A stretch of DNA of 64,000 bases. It comes from Campylobacterota bacterium (GTDB taxonomy: Bacteria; Campylobacterota; Campylobacteria; Campylobacterales; Arcobacteraceae). Positions 19,583-29,833 of this stretch are shown piece by piece; the first letter of the stretch is position 1, and each line of letters opens with the position of its first letter. The notes below the pieces were generated by a model that saw only the letters and a program-made list of their open reading frames with translations, did no database searches and was not told the origin of the DNA. The stretch spans positions 8,407 to 72,406 of the forward strand of contig JBNJFB010000006.1 in assembly GCA_051746405.1 (NCBI GenBank), read 5' to 3'. The translations under genes and the position numbers were made by a program.

Positions 19583-20593
19583 ATGTTTAATTTTTTTAAA
19601 AAGAAAAAAGATGATGCAAATAATGATGAATATCAAGAGCAAATAGAAGAACAAAGCCAAAACTCACAAGAAAACAAGAATGATAACTATAAAAATGATG
19701 ACTATAAAGAAGAAGAGAAAAAAGGTTTCTTTTCAAAAGCTTTAGAGAAAACATTTAAAAATATCAAATCTGTTGTTCCAAATAAACAGGAAAAAATTAG
19801 TTTTGAAGATATTGAAGAGATGTTAATTGAAGCAGATATGGAGTATGAAATCATTGAGAAAGCTATGGATGGACTACCTGAAGAGATTAGTAGAAAACAG
19901 TTAAGACATAGACTTGTGATGCTTTTTGAACATGCTCCTGATGTTGATTTATCAAATCTTCCTAAACCTTTTGTAAGACTTATAATAGGTGTAAATGGTG
20001 CAGGTAAAACCACAACAATTGCGAAACTAGCAAACAGATCACTAAAGAAGAGTAAATCAGTTATATTAGGTGCAGGGGATACATTTAGAGCAGCTGCTAT
20101 TGAACAACTTGACTCATGGGCTACAAAACTGGATGTTCCTATTATTAAAACAAAACAAGGTCATGACCCATCTGCTGTTGCATTTGATACAATCGCTTCT
20201 GCAAAAGCAAGAGGTATAGATAATGTAATAATAGATACAGCAGGAAGATTACAAACCCAACAAAACTTAAATAATGAGCTAAAAAAGATAGTAAAAGTCT
20301 GTAATAAGTCTTATGAGGGCTCACCTCATCAAAAACTTATGATTTTAGATGGAACACAAGGTAACACAGCAATAGCCCAAGCAAAAGCATTCAATGAAAT
20401 CATTGGAATTGATGGAATAATAGTAACAAAACTTGATGGTACAGCAAAAGGTGGAGCTCTTTTTTCTATTTCTAATCAACTTGAACTACCAATATTTTAT
20501 GTTGGTGTTGGTGAAAAGCAAGATGACTTAATAGAGTTTAGCCCTGATGATTTTGTTGATAGTTTACTTGATGAAATCTACACATCAGAGTAA
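19583..20593 (+). CDS. ftsY: signal recognition particle receptor
   Basis: GVNGAGKTTT, DTFRAAA, DTAGR and TKLDGTAKGG; acidic N-terminus. Confidence 0.97.
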   Translation: MFNFFKKKKDDANNDEYQEQIEEQSQNSQENKNDNYKNDDYKEEEKKGFFSKALEKTFKNIKSVVPNKQEKISFEDIEEMLIEADMEYEIIEKAMDGLPEEISRKQLRHRLVMLFEHAPDVDLSNLPKPFVRLIIGVNGAGKTTTIAKLANRSLKKSKSVILGAGDTFRAAAIEQLDSWATKLDVPIIKTKQGHDPSAVAFDTIASAKARGIDNVIIDTAGRLQTQQNLNNELKKIVKVCNKSYEGSPHQKLMILDGTQGNTAIAQAKAFNEIIGIDGIIVTKLDGTAKGGALFSISNQLELPIFYVGVGEKQDDLIEFSPDDFVDSLLDEIYTSE

Positions 20594-20610
20594 TTAACAA
20601 AGGTATTTGT

Positions 20611-21507
20611 TTGATTTTTGATTTTATAAAAACAAACAAATACTTAAGTATACTTTTTCTATTTGTAATAGTATCTATACTTACCCTTTTTTATATTCAA
20701 TCAAATCATAACAATAATAATAAGCTAATATCGAAGCTAGAAAACTCTTTGATTTTTACTAAAAATCTTCTTGAAGAAGAGAAGAAATATGCCCTATCAT
20801 TGGCCATACTACTACGTGAAGATAAAGAGATTTTCAACTCTTTTTTAAAAAAAGATAGAAAAGAGACATTTAAGTTAGTAAATAAAAAAATTCAAACATT
20901 AAAAAGACTACAAGATAGCCATACACAAGTTCAAATACACAACAAAGACTTAACTACTTACATTAGAAGTTGGAACTTAAATATCAAAGACACTCCCCTA
21001 GAGTCATTTAGAAAAGGGCTTGTAAAAGTAAAAAATTCAAAAAAACCAATTGTTTCAATAGAGCTTGGTAAAAGATTAAATATAAAAGCTATCTCACCTT
21101 TTATCAAAAACAGTAAATACTTAGGTTCTATTGAAGTTATAATAGGGTTTGATGGATTAACAAAAAAGTTAAAACAAAACAGTCTTGATATGTATGTTCT
21201 TTTAAATAATAGATTTCTAAAAATAGCTACAGATGAAAGAAACAAACCAAAAATTGATAACTACACTTTAATAAATGATATAAGCATGGATAAGCTTAAA
21301 AATTTAAATTTAAATAATCTAGAAGATTATGGATACTTCACACATAACAATCATCCTTTTGCTTACTTTTCAATTTATAGTCTAAAAAGAGAAAAGTTGG
21401 GGTATATTTTAATATCATTAGAAGATAAAGAGAAAACAAACATCAAAAATAGTTCATATAAAAAACAGATTAATAGTTTAAAAAACGGAGTAGTTATAAT
21501 AGAATGA
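20611..21507 (+). CDS. stand-alone membrane-anchored Cache (dCache_3-like) sensor protein
   Basis: One N-terminal TM and a QIHNKD...YIRSW...LESFRKGL...SIELGKRLNIKAISP...GSIEV dCache_3-like pattern. No second TM and no output domain. Confidence 0.7.
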   Translation: MIFDFIKTNKYLSILFLFVIVSILTLFYIQSNHNNNNKLISKLENSLIFTKNLLEEEKKYALSLAILLREDKEIFNSFLKKDRKETFKLVNKKIQTLKRLQDSHTQVQIHNKDLTTYIRSWNLNIKDTPLESFRKGLVKVKNSKKPIVSIELGKRLNIKAISPFIKNSKYLGSIEVIIGFDGLTKKLKQNSLDMYVLLNNRFLKIATDERNKPKIDNYTLINDISMDKLKNLNLNNLEDYGYFTHNNHPFAYFSIYSLKREKLGYILISLEDKEKTNIKNSSYKKQINSLKNGVVIIE

Positions 21508-22166
21508 AAATAGTTTTGTTAGAGGATGATTTAGATTATAAAGAGACTATAAAAGAGTATTTAGAGTCACTAAAATATAGTGTTGATGACTTTGAAGATG
21601 GACAAGAGGCTTTAGATGCTATTTATGAAAACCATTATCACTTACTAATATTAGATATTAGAGTTCCTAGTTTAAATGGATATGAACTAGTAAAACAGAT
21701 TAAAAGTGATAATATAAATATACCTATTATTTTTATAACCTCTTTAACAGATATAAATAATCTAAGCTTAGGCTATGAACTTGGTTGTAATGATTATATA
21801 AAAAAGCCTTTTTCTCCTAAAGAGTTAAAATATAGGGTCGAACAGTTAATTAAATCTTTCTATTTTTCAACCACAAAGGAGTATGTGGAGTTAACAAATG
21901 ACTTTCTATACGAACCTGTAAATAAAGAACTTTTAAAAGATAGTAAAAAAATTGAGCTTACAAAAAAAGAGCAAGAGATAGTATTTTGTCTGCTATCATA
22001 TAAAAATCAGTTTGTAAGTATTGATAAACTTAGATTTGAAGTGTGGAATGATAAATTTATAAATGAGTCTGATATAAGAGTTTGTATAAAAAATATTAGA
22101 CAAAAGACATTTAAAGAGTTTATCTTAAATAAACGTGGTGTTGGATATAAAATTGAAAGAGCTTAA
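21504..22166 (+). CDS. OmpR-family response regulator
   Basis: LEDD, phospho-Asp in ILDIRVP, KKPF, and a winged-helix C-terminus ending RGVGY. Confidence 0.93.
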   Translation: MKIVLLEDDLDYKETIKEYLESLKYSVDDFEDGQEALDAIYENHYHLLILDIRVPSLNGYELVKQIKSDNINIPIIFITSLTDINNLSLGYELGCNDYIKKPFSPKELKYRVEQLIKSFYFSTTKEYVELTNDFLYEPVNKELLKDSKKIELTKKEQEIVFCLLSYKNQFVSIDKLRFEVWNDKFINESDIRVCIKNIRQKTFKEFILNKRGVGYKIERA

Positions 22167-23283
22167 TTCAAAAAAACATCTTATAAGATTAAGTACACTC
22201 TATACCTTTACTATTATTATTCTTATAATAATACCAAGTTATTTATATATGACAAGTGAGATAAATAGCTATAAATTTAATCAATACAAAAAAATAGATG
22301 CATATAGTTTAAGTATTCAAAGGGCTATTTATGATTTTAATAACTCAAAAAGCAACATCTTTAGATTTCCTAAATCGTTTTTTGTTGATGCTTATTTATT
22401 AAATGAGAATGAAAAGATAATATTTTCAAATACAAAAGAGAAAAAGAGTGCACAAAGAAGTATCACTAAAAAAGTAAACTTAAGCCAAAATAGATTAGGT
22501 GCAAAATATCTTATATTAGAAAAGTCATACTCATACTTTAATATCTATATAAAAATAGCTATTTTAGCAATAAGTATACTCTTTTTTATTTTTATTTCTG
22601 GCTATTTAATCATAAAACAAAGCATAACACCCTATCAAAAAGTAAATAGATATCTTGATGCATTTTTTAATGATGCCATGCATGAGTTAAAAACACCTTT
22701 AGGAATTATTCAATTAAATCTAGAGATTTTAAAAGAGAAGCAAAGCTCAAAAGAGTTAAATAGGTCATTAAATGCAGTGAAAAATCTTAATATTATTTAT
22801 GAAGATATTGAGTATCTAATAAAATATAAAAAAGTCAACTATACAAAACAGAGAGTTAATTTCTCTACTTTTTTACAAGATAGAGTTGATATGTTAAATG
22901 ATTTAGCTCTTAGTAAAAACATTGAGTTAAAATCATATATACAAAAAAATCTAATTATTGAAATAAATAGAGTTGAACTTCAAAGGATAATTGATAACAC
23001 AATATCAAATGCTATAAAATACTCAAATAAAAAAAGCTGTGTGGAAATTTTTTTAGAGTATAGAAATAATTACTTAACTTTTATTGTTAGAGATTATGGC
23101 AAGGGCATAAAAAATACTTCAAAAATTTTTGATAGATATTACAAAGAAGACTCTATAAAAGGTGGTTTTGGTATTGGACTTAACATAGTGAAAAATATAT
23201 GTACTAAAAATAGTATTGATATTATATGTAACTCAAAAGAGCAAGAGGGAACCACCTTTACCTATACTTTTTTAAATACTTAA
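22153..23283 (+). CDS. sensor histidine kinase with short periplasmic loop
   Basis: Two TMs, HELKTPL, NAIKYS, DYGKGI and GFGIGL. Start uncertain (TTG 22153 or GTG 22135). Confidence 0.9.
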   Translation: MKELNSKKHLIRLSTLYTFTIIILIIIPSYLYMTSEINSYKFNQYKKIDAYSLSIQRAIYDFNNSKSNIFRFPKSFFVDAYLLNENEKIIFSNTKEKKSAQRSITKKVNLSQNRLGAKYLILEKSYSYFNIYIKIAILAISILFFIFISGYLIIKQSITPYQKVNRYLDAFFNDAMHELKTPLGIIQLNLEILKEKQSSKELNRSLNAVKNLNIIYEDIEYLIKYKKVNYTKQRVNFSTFLQDRVDMLNDLALSKNIELKSYIQKNLIIEINRVELQRIIDNTISNAIKYSNKKSCVEIFLEYRNNYLTFIVRDYGKGIKNTSKIFDRYYKEDSIKGGFGIGLNIVKNICTKNSIDIICNSKEQEGTTFTYTFLNT

Positions 23284-23369
23284 TTTTTTCTTAAAATCAC
23301 TTTAAAAAAACTAACTTTATTTTTACAATGTAGTGTTAATATAACTTCAAACCAACAAGGAGTTTACCC

Positions 23370-24284
23370 ATGAAAAAAACTATATTATTAGTAGCTTTAA
23401 CATCGTCTTTAGTTTTTGCCTCATTACCTGATGCACCAAAAGAGTATCCAAAAGGAGAAATTGGAAAATTAGTAAAAATAGGTGAAGATATTATGAACAA
23501 TACAGATACTCACCCACTTACAAAAGATCTTGTAGGTAATAAACTGCAGTGTAAAAGTTGTCACTTACAAGGTGACGATGGAAGACCTGGAACAGCCAAA
23601 GGTATTTCAAGCTGGATTGGAACAGCAGCTGCATTTCCTGCATGGTCAAAAAGAGAAAAAACTGTTCAAACACTACAAGATAGATCAAATAACTGCTTTA
23701 TGAGAAGTATGAATGGTAAAAGACCTATTATTGATAGTAAAGCAAGTGTTGCTATGGCTGCTTACATAACGTGGCTATCAGAGGGTATGGAAATAAAAAT
23801 GAATGAAAAAGGACCATGGAGTGATCATAATACAAAGCTATATCCAAAGGCTGTTAAGAAATTTAAAAAGATTCAAAAAAATGCAACCCATGAAAACTAT
23901 TTAGCAGGAAAAGAGATTTATATAAAACAGTGTGCGTCATGTCATGGAGCAAATGGTGAGGGTGTAGCTACTTTTCCTCCATTATGGGGTAAAGGACTTA
24001 GTTATAACACAGGTGCTGGTATGAGTAAACTAGATAAAGGTGCAGCTTGGGTTAAATCAAATATGCCATTAGGACAAGGCAACTCTATGAGTGACCAAGA
24101 AGTAGCAGATGTAGTTTTATATATGAATGCACAAGAAAGAGACTCATTTGACCTTCAAAAAAGACTTCTTCCAAAAGAAGAAATGGGATACTACAACTCA
24201 AAAGTTTTAGAAGAAAAACATACAGTTGAAAGTAATTTCAAAGCATTAGGTCTTGATTTAAATGAGATTAAAAACGGTAAATAA
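23370..24284 (+). CDS. tsdA: diheme thiosulfate dehydrogenase / tetrathionate reductase
   Basis: Signal peptide, CKSCH and CASCH hemes, NNCFMRSMNG (His/Cys heme ligand motif), and PPLWG..SYNTGAGM..NMP. Confidence 0.85.
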   Translation: MKKTILLVALTSSLVFASLPDAPKEYPKGEIGKLVKIGEDIMNNTDTHPLTKDLVGNKLQCKSCHLQGDDGRPGTAKGISSWIGTAAAFPAWSKREKTVQTLQDRSNNCFMRSMNGKRPIIDSKASVAMAAYITWLSEGMEIKMNEKGPWSDHNTKLYPKAVKKFKKIQKNATHENYLAGKEIYIKQCASCHGANGEGVATFPPLWGKGLSYNTGAGMSKLDKGAAWVKSNMPLGQGNSMSDQEVADVVLYMNAQERDSFDLQKRLLPKEEMGYYNSKVLEEKHTVESNFKALGLDLNEIKNGK

Positions 24285-24305
24285 AGAGAGTTTCTCTCTT
24301 TATTT
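24279..24305. terminator. bidirectional intrinsic terminator between tsdA and the DsrE-family gene
   Basis: AAATAAAGAGAG-TTT-CTCTCTTTATTT hairpin between convergent genes. Confidence 0.75.
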
Positions 24306-24312
24306 TTTTGTT

Positions 24313-24810
24313 TTAAAAGATAGGAACTAACTTATAATCTTGAGTTTGCCACCCAATTAAAGATATAAAACCATCTGCTACAATATCCATCTGCTTTGGT
24401 ATATTTTCATTATTCACATTAAATACATCTGTGGCAACAGCACAAACTTCCATTCTAACACCTAACTTTGAAAATGCTTTAATAGATTTTTGAATAGAGT
24501 TTAAATACTCTTCATTTGCCATTTCAAAAGCCTCATCTTGCTTTTTGCTTAAAAACTTTACTGTTTTACCAATAAATACAAGTACCATTTTAGGTTCAAC
24601 CCCTTGGTTGACTAATCCCTTGTGAGTACCTTGGATAATATCTAAGTAAAATGCTGTTTTTCTAACATCTGTAAAGTCTATTAAAAATACACTTTTTGCT
24701 TTTTTTATTCCATTTAATGCAACTTTATCATTAATCTCTTTTGCATTTAAACTATTTAATGCAAATAAACTAAAAACTAAAACTAAAATAGCTTTATTTA
24801 ATAATCTCAT
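24313..24810 (-). CDS. secreted DsrE-family protein
   Basis: Signal peptide (MRLLNK...SLNA), LVFIGKTV, GVRMEVCAVA and DGFISLIGWQ. Start placed at ATG 24810 behind AAGGAG. Confidence 0.75.
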   Translation of the reverse strand: MRLLNKAILVLVFSLFALNSLNAKEINDKVALNGIKKAKSVFLIDFTDVRKTAFYLDIIQGTHKGLVNQGVEPKMVLVFIGKTVKFLSKKQDEAFEMANEEYLNSIQKSIKAFSKLGVRMEVCAVATDVFNVNNENIPKQMDIVADGFISLIGWQTQDYKLVPIF

Positions 24811-24847
24811 AACTCTCCTTTGATAATTTAAACTTATTATATTATAT

Positions 24848-25408
24848 TTAAGATAAGAAGTTAGATATCTTTCTAAAGTATTTTTCAATTCCATTAAAAG
24901 AGTGGTTACCACCCTGTTCTATTACTAAATTAGTATCTTTTAATCTCTCTTTAGCTTGTTTAAAATCCAGTACCTCATCATCTGTTTGCAATAGTGTCAT
25001 AATATTTTGCGGTTTTTTTAATTTTGGTACTTCATAGTTTTTCAAAGACAAAATATGTAAGTGATTAAACTCAAACTTTGTATTATCATAATAGTTTTCA
25101 ACAAACTCAACACCCTCATATGAATCAAGTGTATTCATAGGGTCAACTGCTGGATTTATTAATACTACTTTTAAATCATATTTATTAGCTAAATATATTG
25201 CATAATAACCACCAAGAGAAGAGCCCACTAAAGATACTTTTTCATTTTTATATAAAAAAGCTTCTATTATTTGCTCTAGTGTATTTATTGCTAGATTTGG
25301 TATATTTGACAGACTAGGTATTATAATTTCATCTTCAAAATACTCTTTAAACTTTAATGCTTTTGAACCAAATGCACTACTTGCAAATCCATGTATGTAA
25401 ATAGTCAT
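24848..25408 (-). CDS. YqiA/UPF0227 alpha/beta-fold esterase
   Basis: YIHGFASS, GSSLGG, INPAV, DEVLD and GGNHSF. Confidence 0.9.
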   Translation of the reverse strand: MTIYIHGFASSAFGSKALKFKEYFEDEIIIPSLSNIPNLAINTLEQIIEAFLYKNEKVSLVGSSLGGYYAIYLANKYDLKVVLINPAVDPMNTLDSYEGVEFVENYYDNTKFEFNHLHILSLKNYEVPKLKKPQNIMTLLQTDDEVLDFKQAKERLKDTNLVIEQGGNHSFNGIEKYFRKISNFLS

Positions 25409-26565
25409 ACAACTCCCTTTTTTTTATTTTTTAAATTTTTATTTTTTAAAACTTTTAAATGTTTAGAAGCTAAAGCATAACCACCATTTGAACCATCTAT
25501 AAAGTGTACATGCTTTCCATGTCTTTGAAATATCAAGCATGTCATCAAAGAGGACTGGGATTTATGAATTCCATAAACTAACTTTCCATTCTCATATTGT
25601 AGTTTTAAATACTTTTCTAGTTTTGCTGTTTGTTCTTTATTCACTGCAACTACCATTCTTAATATATCATCAAACTTTTCATTATCAATAGTGGAGACTA
25701 TTCTATTTTTATATGAACCCCAATTCGAAATTTTATTATCCATTAATATCTTACCTATTAGATTTATTAGTCTTAACTTTTGGACAATAATAAACCTCAT
25801 TATCTTACTTTTTGCCATAACTGCTGCTTCCACATCTAAATCTTCATTTTTAAAACTTAGCAGTAAATTCTCACTAACTACTGGTTTTCTTATTTTATTG
25901 CTACCTAGAATATTCTCTAAGTCTTCTAAAATTGTCAAGTAATATTTAGGTTCCAAAGCCTCAATTAGTATGGTTAGATTCTCTTGCTTTGGTGTTTTTA
26001 CACTCTCCCATCTACACTCTAAACCTGATAAATCAATATGAAAGTTCTCATTCTCTTTGTCTTTTATGTAATATGTTTTATCTTTTTTTAAAAGTTTATC
26101 TGCAAAACTAAGACCACCACCTTTTATCATAGCTTGTGTTGAGTTGTTTGAGACTTTATACTTAAATACTAAAACCTCTTTATTATTTCTGTATATATGT
26201 ACTATTGGAATAATACCAATTCTTAAATCAAGCCCATAGCTTTGCTTTGCTATATTTTTAACTTTTATTAACGCTTGTTTTGTACTTTTTAAAATATCAT
26301 TTGGTATCAATAAAAAAGAGCCATCTCCTCCAAATACAAAAGGAATATCAAGCTGCTTATCAATATTTAATATAGAGATAATACTCATAGCAGCAATTAT
26401 ATTTATCTCTTTGTATTTGCCTTTAGCTATTTGATTTGTAGAATCAACCACATCAGTTGCCACAACAAACCAATTGCTAGGTACAGATTTATAGTTTGAG
26501 TTTTCAAATATACTTGAGAAACTATTTACTGCTTTTATATCTTTGTAGAAGTCTTTATTACTCAT
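25405..26565 (-). CDS. DUF3095 family protein
   Basis: TDVVDST, PFVFGGDG, LSGLECRW, KFDDILRMV and HVHFIDGSNGGYALA. Confidence 0.8.
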   Translation of the reverse strand: MSNKDFYKDIKAVNSFSSIFENSNYKSVPSNWFVVATDVVDSTNQIAKGKYKEINIIAAMSIISILNIDKQLDIPFVFGGDGSFLLIPNDILKSTKQALIKVKNIAKQSYGLDLRIGIIPIVHIYRNNKEVLVFKYKVSNNSTQAMIKGGGLSFADKLLKKDKTYYIKDKENENFHIDLSGLECRWESVKTPKQENLTILIEALEPKYYLTILEDLENILGSNKIRKPVVSENLLLSFKNEDLDVEAAVMAKSKIMRFIIVQKLRLINLIGKILMDNKISNWGSYKNRIVSTIDNEKFDDILRMVVAVNKEQTAKLEKYLKLQYENGKLVYGIHKSQSSLMTCLIFQRHGKHVHFIDGSNGGYALASKHLKVLKNKNLKNKKKGVV

Positions 26566-26685
26566 ATTTTTCCTAAAACTTTTTTACAATATAACATTAT
26601 TTTAATTACAATTTGTTATCTTTTCTTTTTTAAAGAAAACTTTATGATAAGATACACTTTAATAAACCCTTTATAGGAAAGATTT

Positions 26686-28035
26686 ATGGCAAAAAAGAGA
26701 AAAACCCTATTTGAGTGTCAGCACTGTGGAGAACAAGCTACTAAATGGCTTGGGAAGTGTCCAAACTGTGGAGGTTGGGATAGCTTTGTTGAGTTAAACC
26801 AAGAGCAACAAGAGATATTAAAGCAAACTACAAAAGTAGTAAATAGTAGCTCAAAAGCAAAACCTATTACACAAATAAAACAAGATGATATTACAAGGTT
26901 TAGTTCATACAATGATGAGTTTGATTTAGTATTAGGTGGTGGAATTGTACCTGGGTCTTTAACACTAATAGGAGGAAGTCCTGGTGTTGGGAAATCAACA
27001 CTTTTATTAAAGGTTGCAGGAAGTATTGCAAGCTCAAATAAAAAGGTACTTTATGTATCGGGTGAAGAGAGTGCTGGGCAGATAAAACTAAGAGCTAATA
27101 GGTTAGATGCAAACAGTGAAAACCTAATGCTTCTAAATGAGATAAAACTAGAAGAGATTCAAGATGAGTTTTTAAGACAAGATTATGATGTGGCAATAAT
27201 TGACTCTATTCAAACAATCTACTCATCAAATCTTACAAGTGCTCCTGGTAGTGTAAGTCAAGTAAGGGAGATTACTTTTGAGCTTATGAGAAAAGCAAAA
27301 GAGTCAGATATTGCTATGTTTATAATTGGTCATATTACAAAAGATGGTTCTATTGCAGGACCTAGAGTCTTAGAACATATGGTTGATACAGTTTTATATT
27401 TTGAGGGTGAAGCCTCAAAAGAGCTTAGAATGTTAAGAGGTTTTAAAAACAGATTTGGAAGTACTTCTGAAATTGGAATTTTTGAAATGACTCAAGAGGG
27501 ATTAATAAGTGCAAAAGATATTGCATCAAAATTTTTTGATAAATCAAAAGCTCAAAGTGGTTCAGCTCTTACTGTATCTATGGAGGGAAGTCGTGCATTA
27601 ATTCTTGAAGTACAAGCATTAGTTACTGAAAGTACCCATCCTAATCCAAAAAGAAGTGCCACAGGTTTTGATGTAAATAGATTAAATATGCTTTTAGCTT
27701 TACTTGAAAAGAAAATAGACTTACCACTAAATCACTATGATGTATTTGTAAATATAAGTGGTGGAATAAAAATCAAAGAAAGCTCCGCAGATTTAGCTGT
27801 GATTGCAGCTATAATCTCTTCTTTTAGGGATAGACCTATTTCTAAGGAGTCAACTTTTATAGGAGAGGTGTCATTAACAGGTGAGATTAAAGATGTTTAC
27901 TCTATTGATATGAGACTAAAAGAGGCACAAGCCCAAGGGATAAAAAAAGCCATAATTGCTCAAAAACCATCAATAGATTTAAAAATTAAATGTTTTGCTG
28001 TTGATGATGTACCTAAAATGATTGAACTATTTTAA
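26686..28035 (+). CDS. radA: DNA repair protein RadA/Sms
   Basis: C4 zinc finger, GSPGVGKST, KNRFG motif and Lon-like C-terminus. Confidence 0.97.
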   Translation: MAKKRKTLFECQHCGEQATKWLGKCPNCGGWDSFVELNQEQQEILKQTTKVVNSSSKAKPITQIKQDDITRFSSYNDEFDLVLGGGIVPGSLTLIGGSPGVGKSTLLLKVAGSIASSNKKVLYVSGEESAGQIKLRANRLDANSENLMLLNEIKLEEIQDEFLRQDYDVAIIDSIQTIYSSNLTSAPGSVSQVREITFELMRKAKESDIAMFIIGHITKDGSIAGPRVLEHMVDTVLYFEGEASKELRMLRGFKNRFGSTSEIGIFEMTQEGLISAKDIASKFFDKSKAQSGSALTVSMEGSRALILEVQALVTESTHPNPKRSATGFDVNRLNMLLALLEKKIDLPLNHYDVFVNISGGIKIKESSADLAVIAAIISSFRDRPISKESTFIGEVSLTGEIKDVYSIDMRLKEAQAQGIKKAIIAQKPSIDLKIKCFAVDDVPKMIELF

Positions 28036-28084
28036 CTATTAATTTAAAAGTTTTAGATATAATCGCGATTAATAAAGGTGATTA

Positions 28085-28504
28085 ATGATTGATATTGAAA
28101 ATAACACTTCTTTGAAAATTGATGAAGTAAAGTTAGAAAAAATAGCTAATGAAGTAACAAATAAAGATATTGAGCTTATAGTAACAAATAATATAAATAT
28201 TCAAAGCTTAAATAAAGAGCATAGAAATATAGATAAACCAACAGATGTATTAAGTTTTCCTTTGGAGTTTGATTTACCTAATATGCCAGTTGGTTCTATT
28301 GTAATAAGCGAAGATTTTGTAAAAGAGAAATCAAAAGAGTATGGTCATACAAATCAAGAAGAGTTTTTTTTACTTTTTATTCATGGAGTTTTACATCTTA
28401 TAGGGTATGACCATGAGATTGATAATGGTGAGCATAGAGACAAGGAAGAAGAGTTGATTAATAAGTTTAATTTACCCAAAAGTTTGATAGTAAGGAACTC
28501 ATAA
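28085..28504 (+). CDS. ybeY: rRNA maturation endonuclease
   Basis: TDVLSFP and HGVLHLIGYDH. Confidence 0.95.
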   Translation: MIDIENNTSLKIDEVKLEKIANEVTNKDIELIVTNNINIQSLNKEHRNIDKPTDVLSFPLEFDLPNMPVGSIVISEDFVKEKSKEYGHTNQEEFFLLFIHGVLHLIGYDHEIDNGEHRDKEEELINKFNLPKSLIVRNS

Positions 28505-29422
28505 ATGGATTTTATTATATTCACAGTGGCTATGGCTGCACTTATATATGGGGCAGATTTTATTATTGTACAAAGTGAAAAAATAGCACTTCGTTATAAT
28601 ATCTCACACTTTGTAATTGGTGCTACTCTTATAGCCCTTGGTACTTCTTTACCTGAAATGGCTGTATCTATTTCAGCTTCAATGAAAGGAAGTGCAGATA
28701 TTGCAGTTGCAAATGTAATTGGAAGTACTATTTTTAATATTGCTTTAGTTTTAGGGGTAGTATTTTTAATAGCAAAAAAAATCTCTCCTAAAAGGGACCT
28801 TTTTGCAAAGGACTCAGCATGGTCACTTTTCCCTATTTTAGTTTTTATTCTTATGGCACTTGATGGGAAACTAAATATTGTAGATGGTATTTTATTTATA
28901 TTTTTAATGATTGCATATTTGATATTTTTAATTAATTCAAATCAAGTTGATATTGATGATGATATAGAAAAAGAGAAGTTTGCATGGGGTAAATCAATAC
29001 TACTACTATCAATTGGATTTATATTTGTTGTTGGTGGTGCTGATTTTGCTATTGATAGTGCTGGGAATATTGCAAGAGAGTTTGGAATTAGTGAATGGAT
29101 TATTGGATTGTTTTTAGTTGCATTTGGAACTTCACTTCCAGAATTAGCTATTTCAATAAAATCAGCAATGAAAAATAATGCAGATTTAGCTATTGGTAAT
29201 ATTATTGGCTCAAATGTTGCCAATTTTACTATGGTACTTGGGGTTGCTTCTATTATAAACCCTTTAAATGTAAACTTAAATGTAAACTTTTTTGATGTGG
29301 CAGCAGCAGCCATTTTATCACTGATGCTAGTGTTTATAACAGCTAATAGATTATATAATAAAAGTGCGGGAATTGTTTTAATGGTAGTTTTAGGGTTAGT
29401 TATACAAAATAGTTTAGCCTAG
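28505..29422 (+). CDS. Ca2+/Na+ antiporter (YrbG family)
   Basis: Two GTSLPE alpha-repeats with IGS.I/VxN. Confidence 0.92.
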   Translation: MDFIIFTVAMAALIYGADFIIVQSEKIALRYNISHFVIGATLIALGTSLPEMAVSISASMKGSADIAVANVIGSTIFNIALVLGVVFLIAKKISPKRDLFAKDSAWSLFPILVFILMALDGKLNIVDGILFIFLMIAYLIFLINSNQVDIDDDIEKEKFAWGKSILLLSIGFIFVVGGADFAIDSAGNIAREFGISEWIIGLFLVAFGTSLPELAISIKSAMKNNADLAIGNIIGSNVANFTMVLGVASIINPLNVNLNVNFFDVAAAAILSLMLVFITANRLYNKSAGIVLMVVLGLVIQNSLA

Positions 29423-29428
29423 GCTAAA

Positions 29429-29833
29429 CTATTTCGCACACTCTTTACACTCTCCAGAGAATACAACATCTAAACTTTCGATTTTAAAGCCACTTTTTTC
29501 AGAAGCTTCATTGGATATAATACTAGTATCTAAAGTAACATCTTCAATACTATTACAAGATGAACAAACTAAGTGAGCGTGCTCTTCTTTTACTAACTCA
29601 TATACAGATTTTGAATTTGGTATTTTAACTTCCCAAAGAAATATTTTATCTATCATTGCATTAATATTTTTATAAATTGTTGCTAATGAAATAGAAGGGA
29701 ATTTTTCCAAAAGTTTTTTATATAAATCATCTATATTCATGTGACCATTAGTATCTAATTGTTCTACGATGGCTACTCTTTGAGGTGTAACTTTTAAATC
29801 ATAGTTTTTTAATAAATTTGTATAATTCATCAT
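29429..29833 (-). CDS. Fur-family regulator, probably PerR
   Basis: LKVTPQR, SLATIYKN, HAHLVCSSC and C-terminal CKEC; divergent from desulforubrerythrin. Confidence 0.82.
   Translation of the reverse strand: MMNYTNLLKNYDLKVTPQRVAIVEQLDTNGHMNIDDLYKKLLEKFPSISLATIYKNINAMIDKIFLWEVKIPNSKSVYELVKEEHAHLVCSSCNSIEDVTLDTSIISNEASEKSGFKIESLDVVFSGECKECAK

Noticed and set aside
19679..19708. 15-bp tandem repeat in ftsY (AATGATRACTATAAA x2)
   Set aside because: It lies in the variable acidic N-terminal region normal for FtsY.
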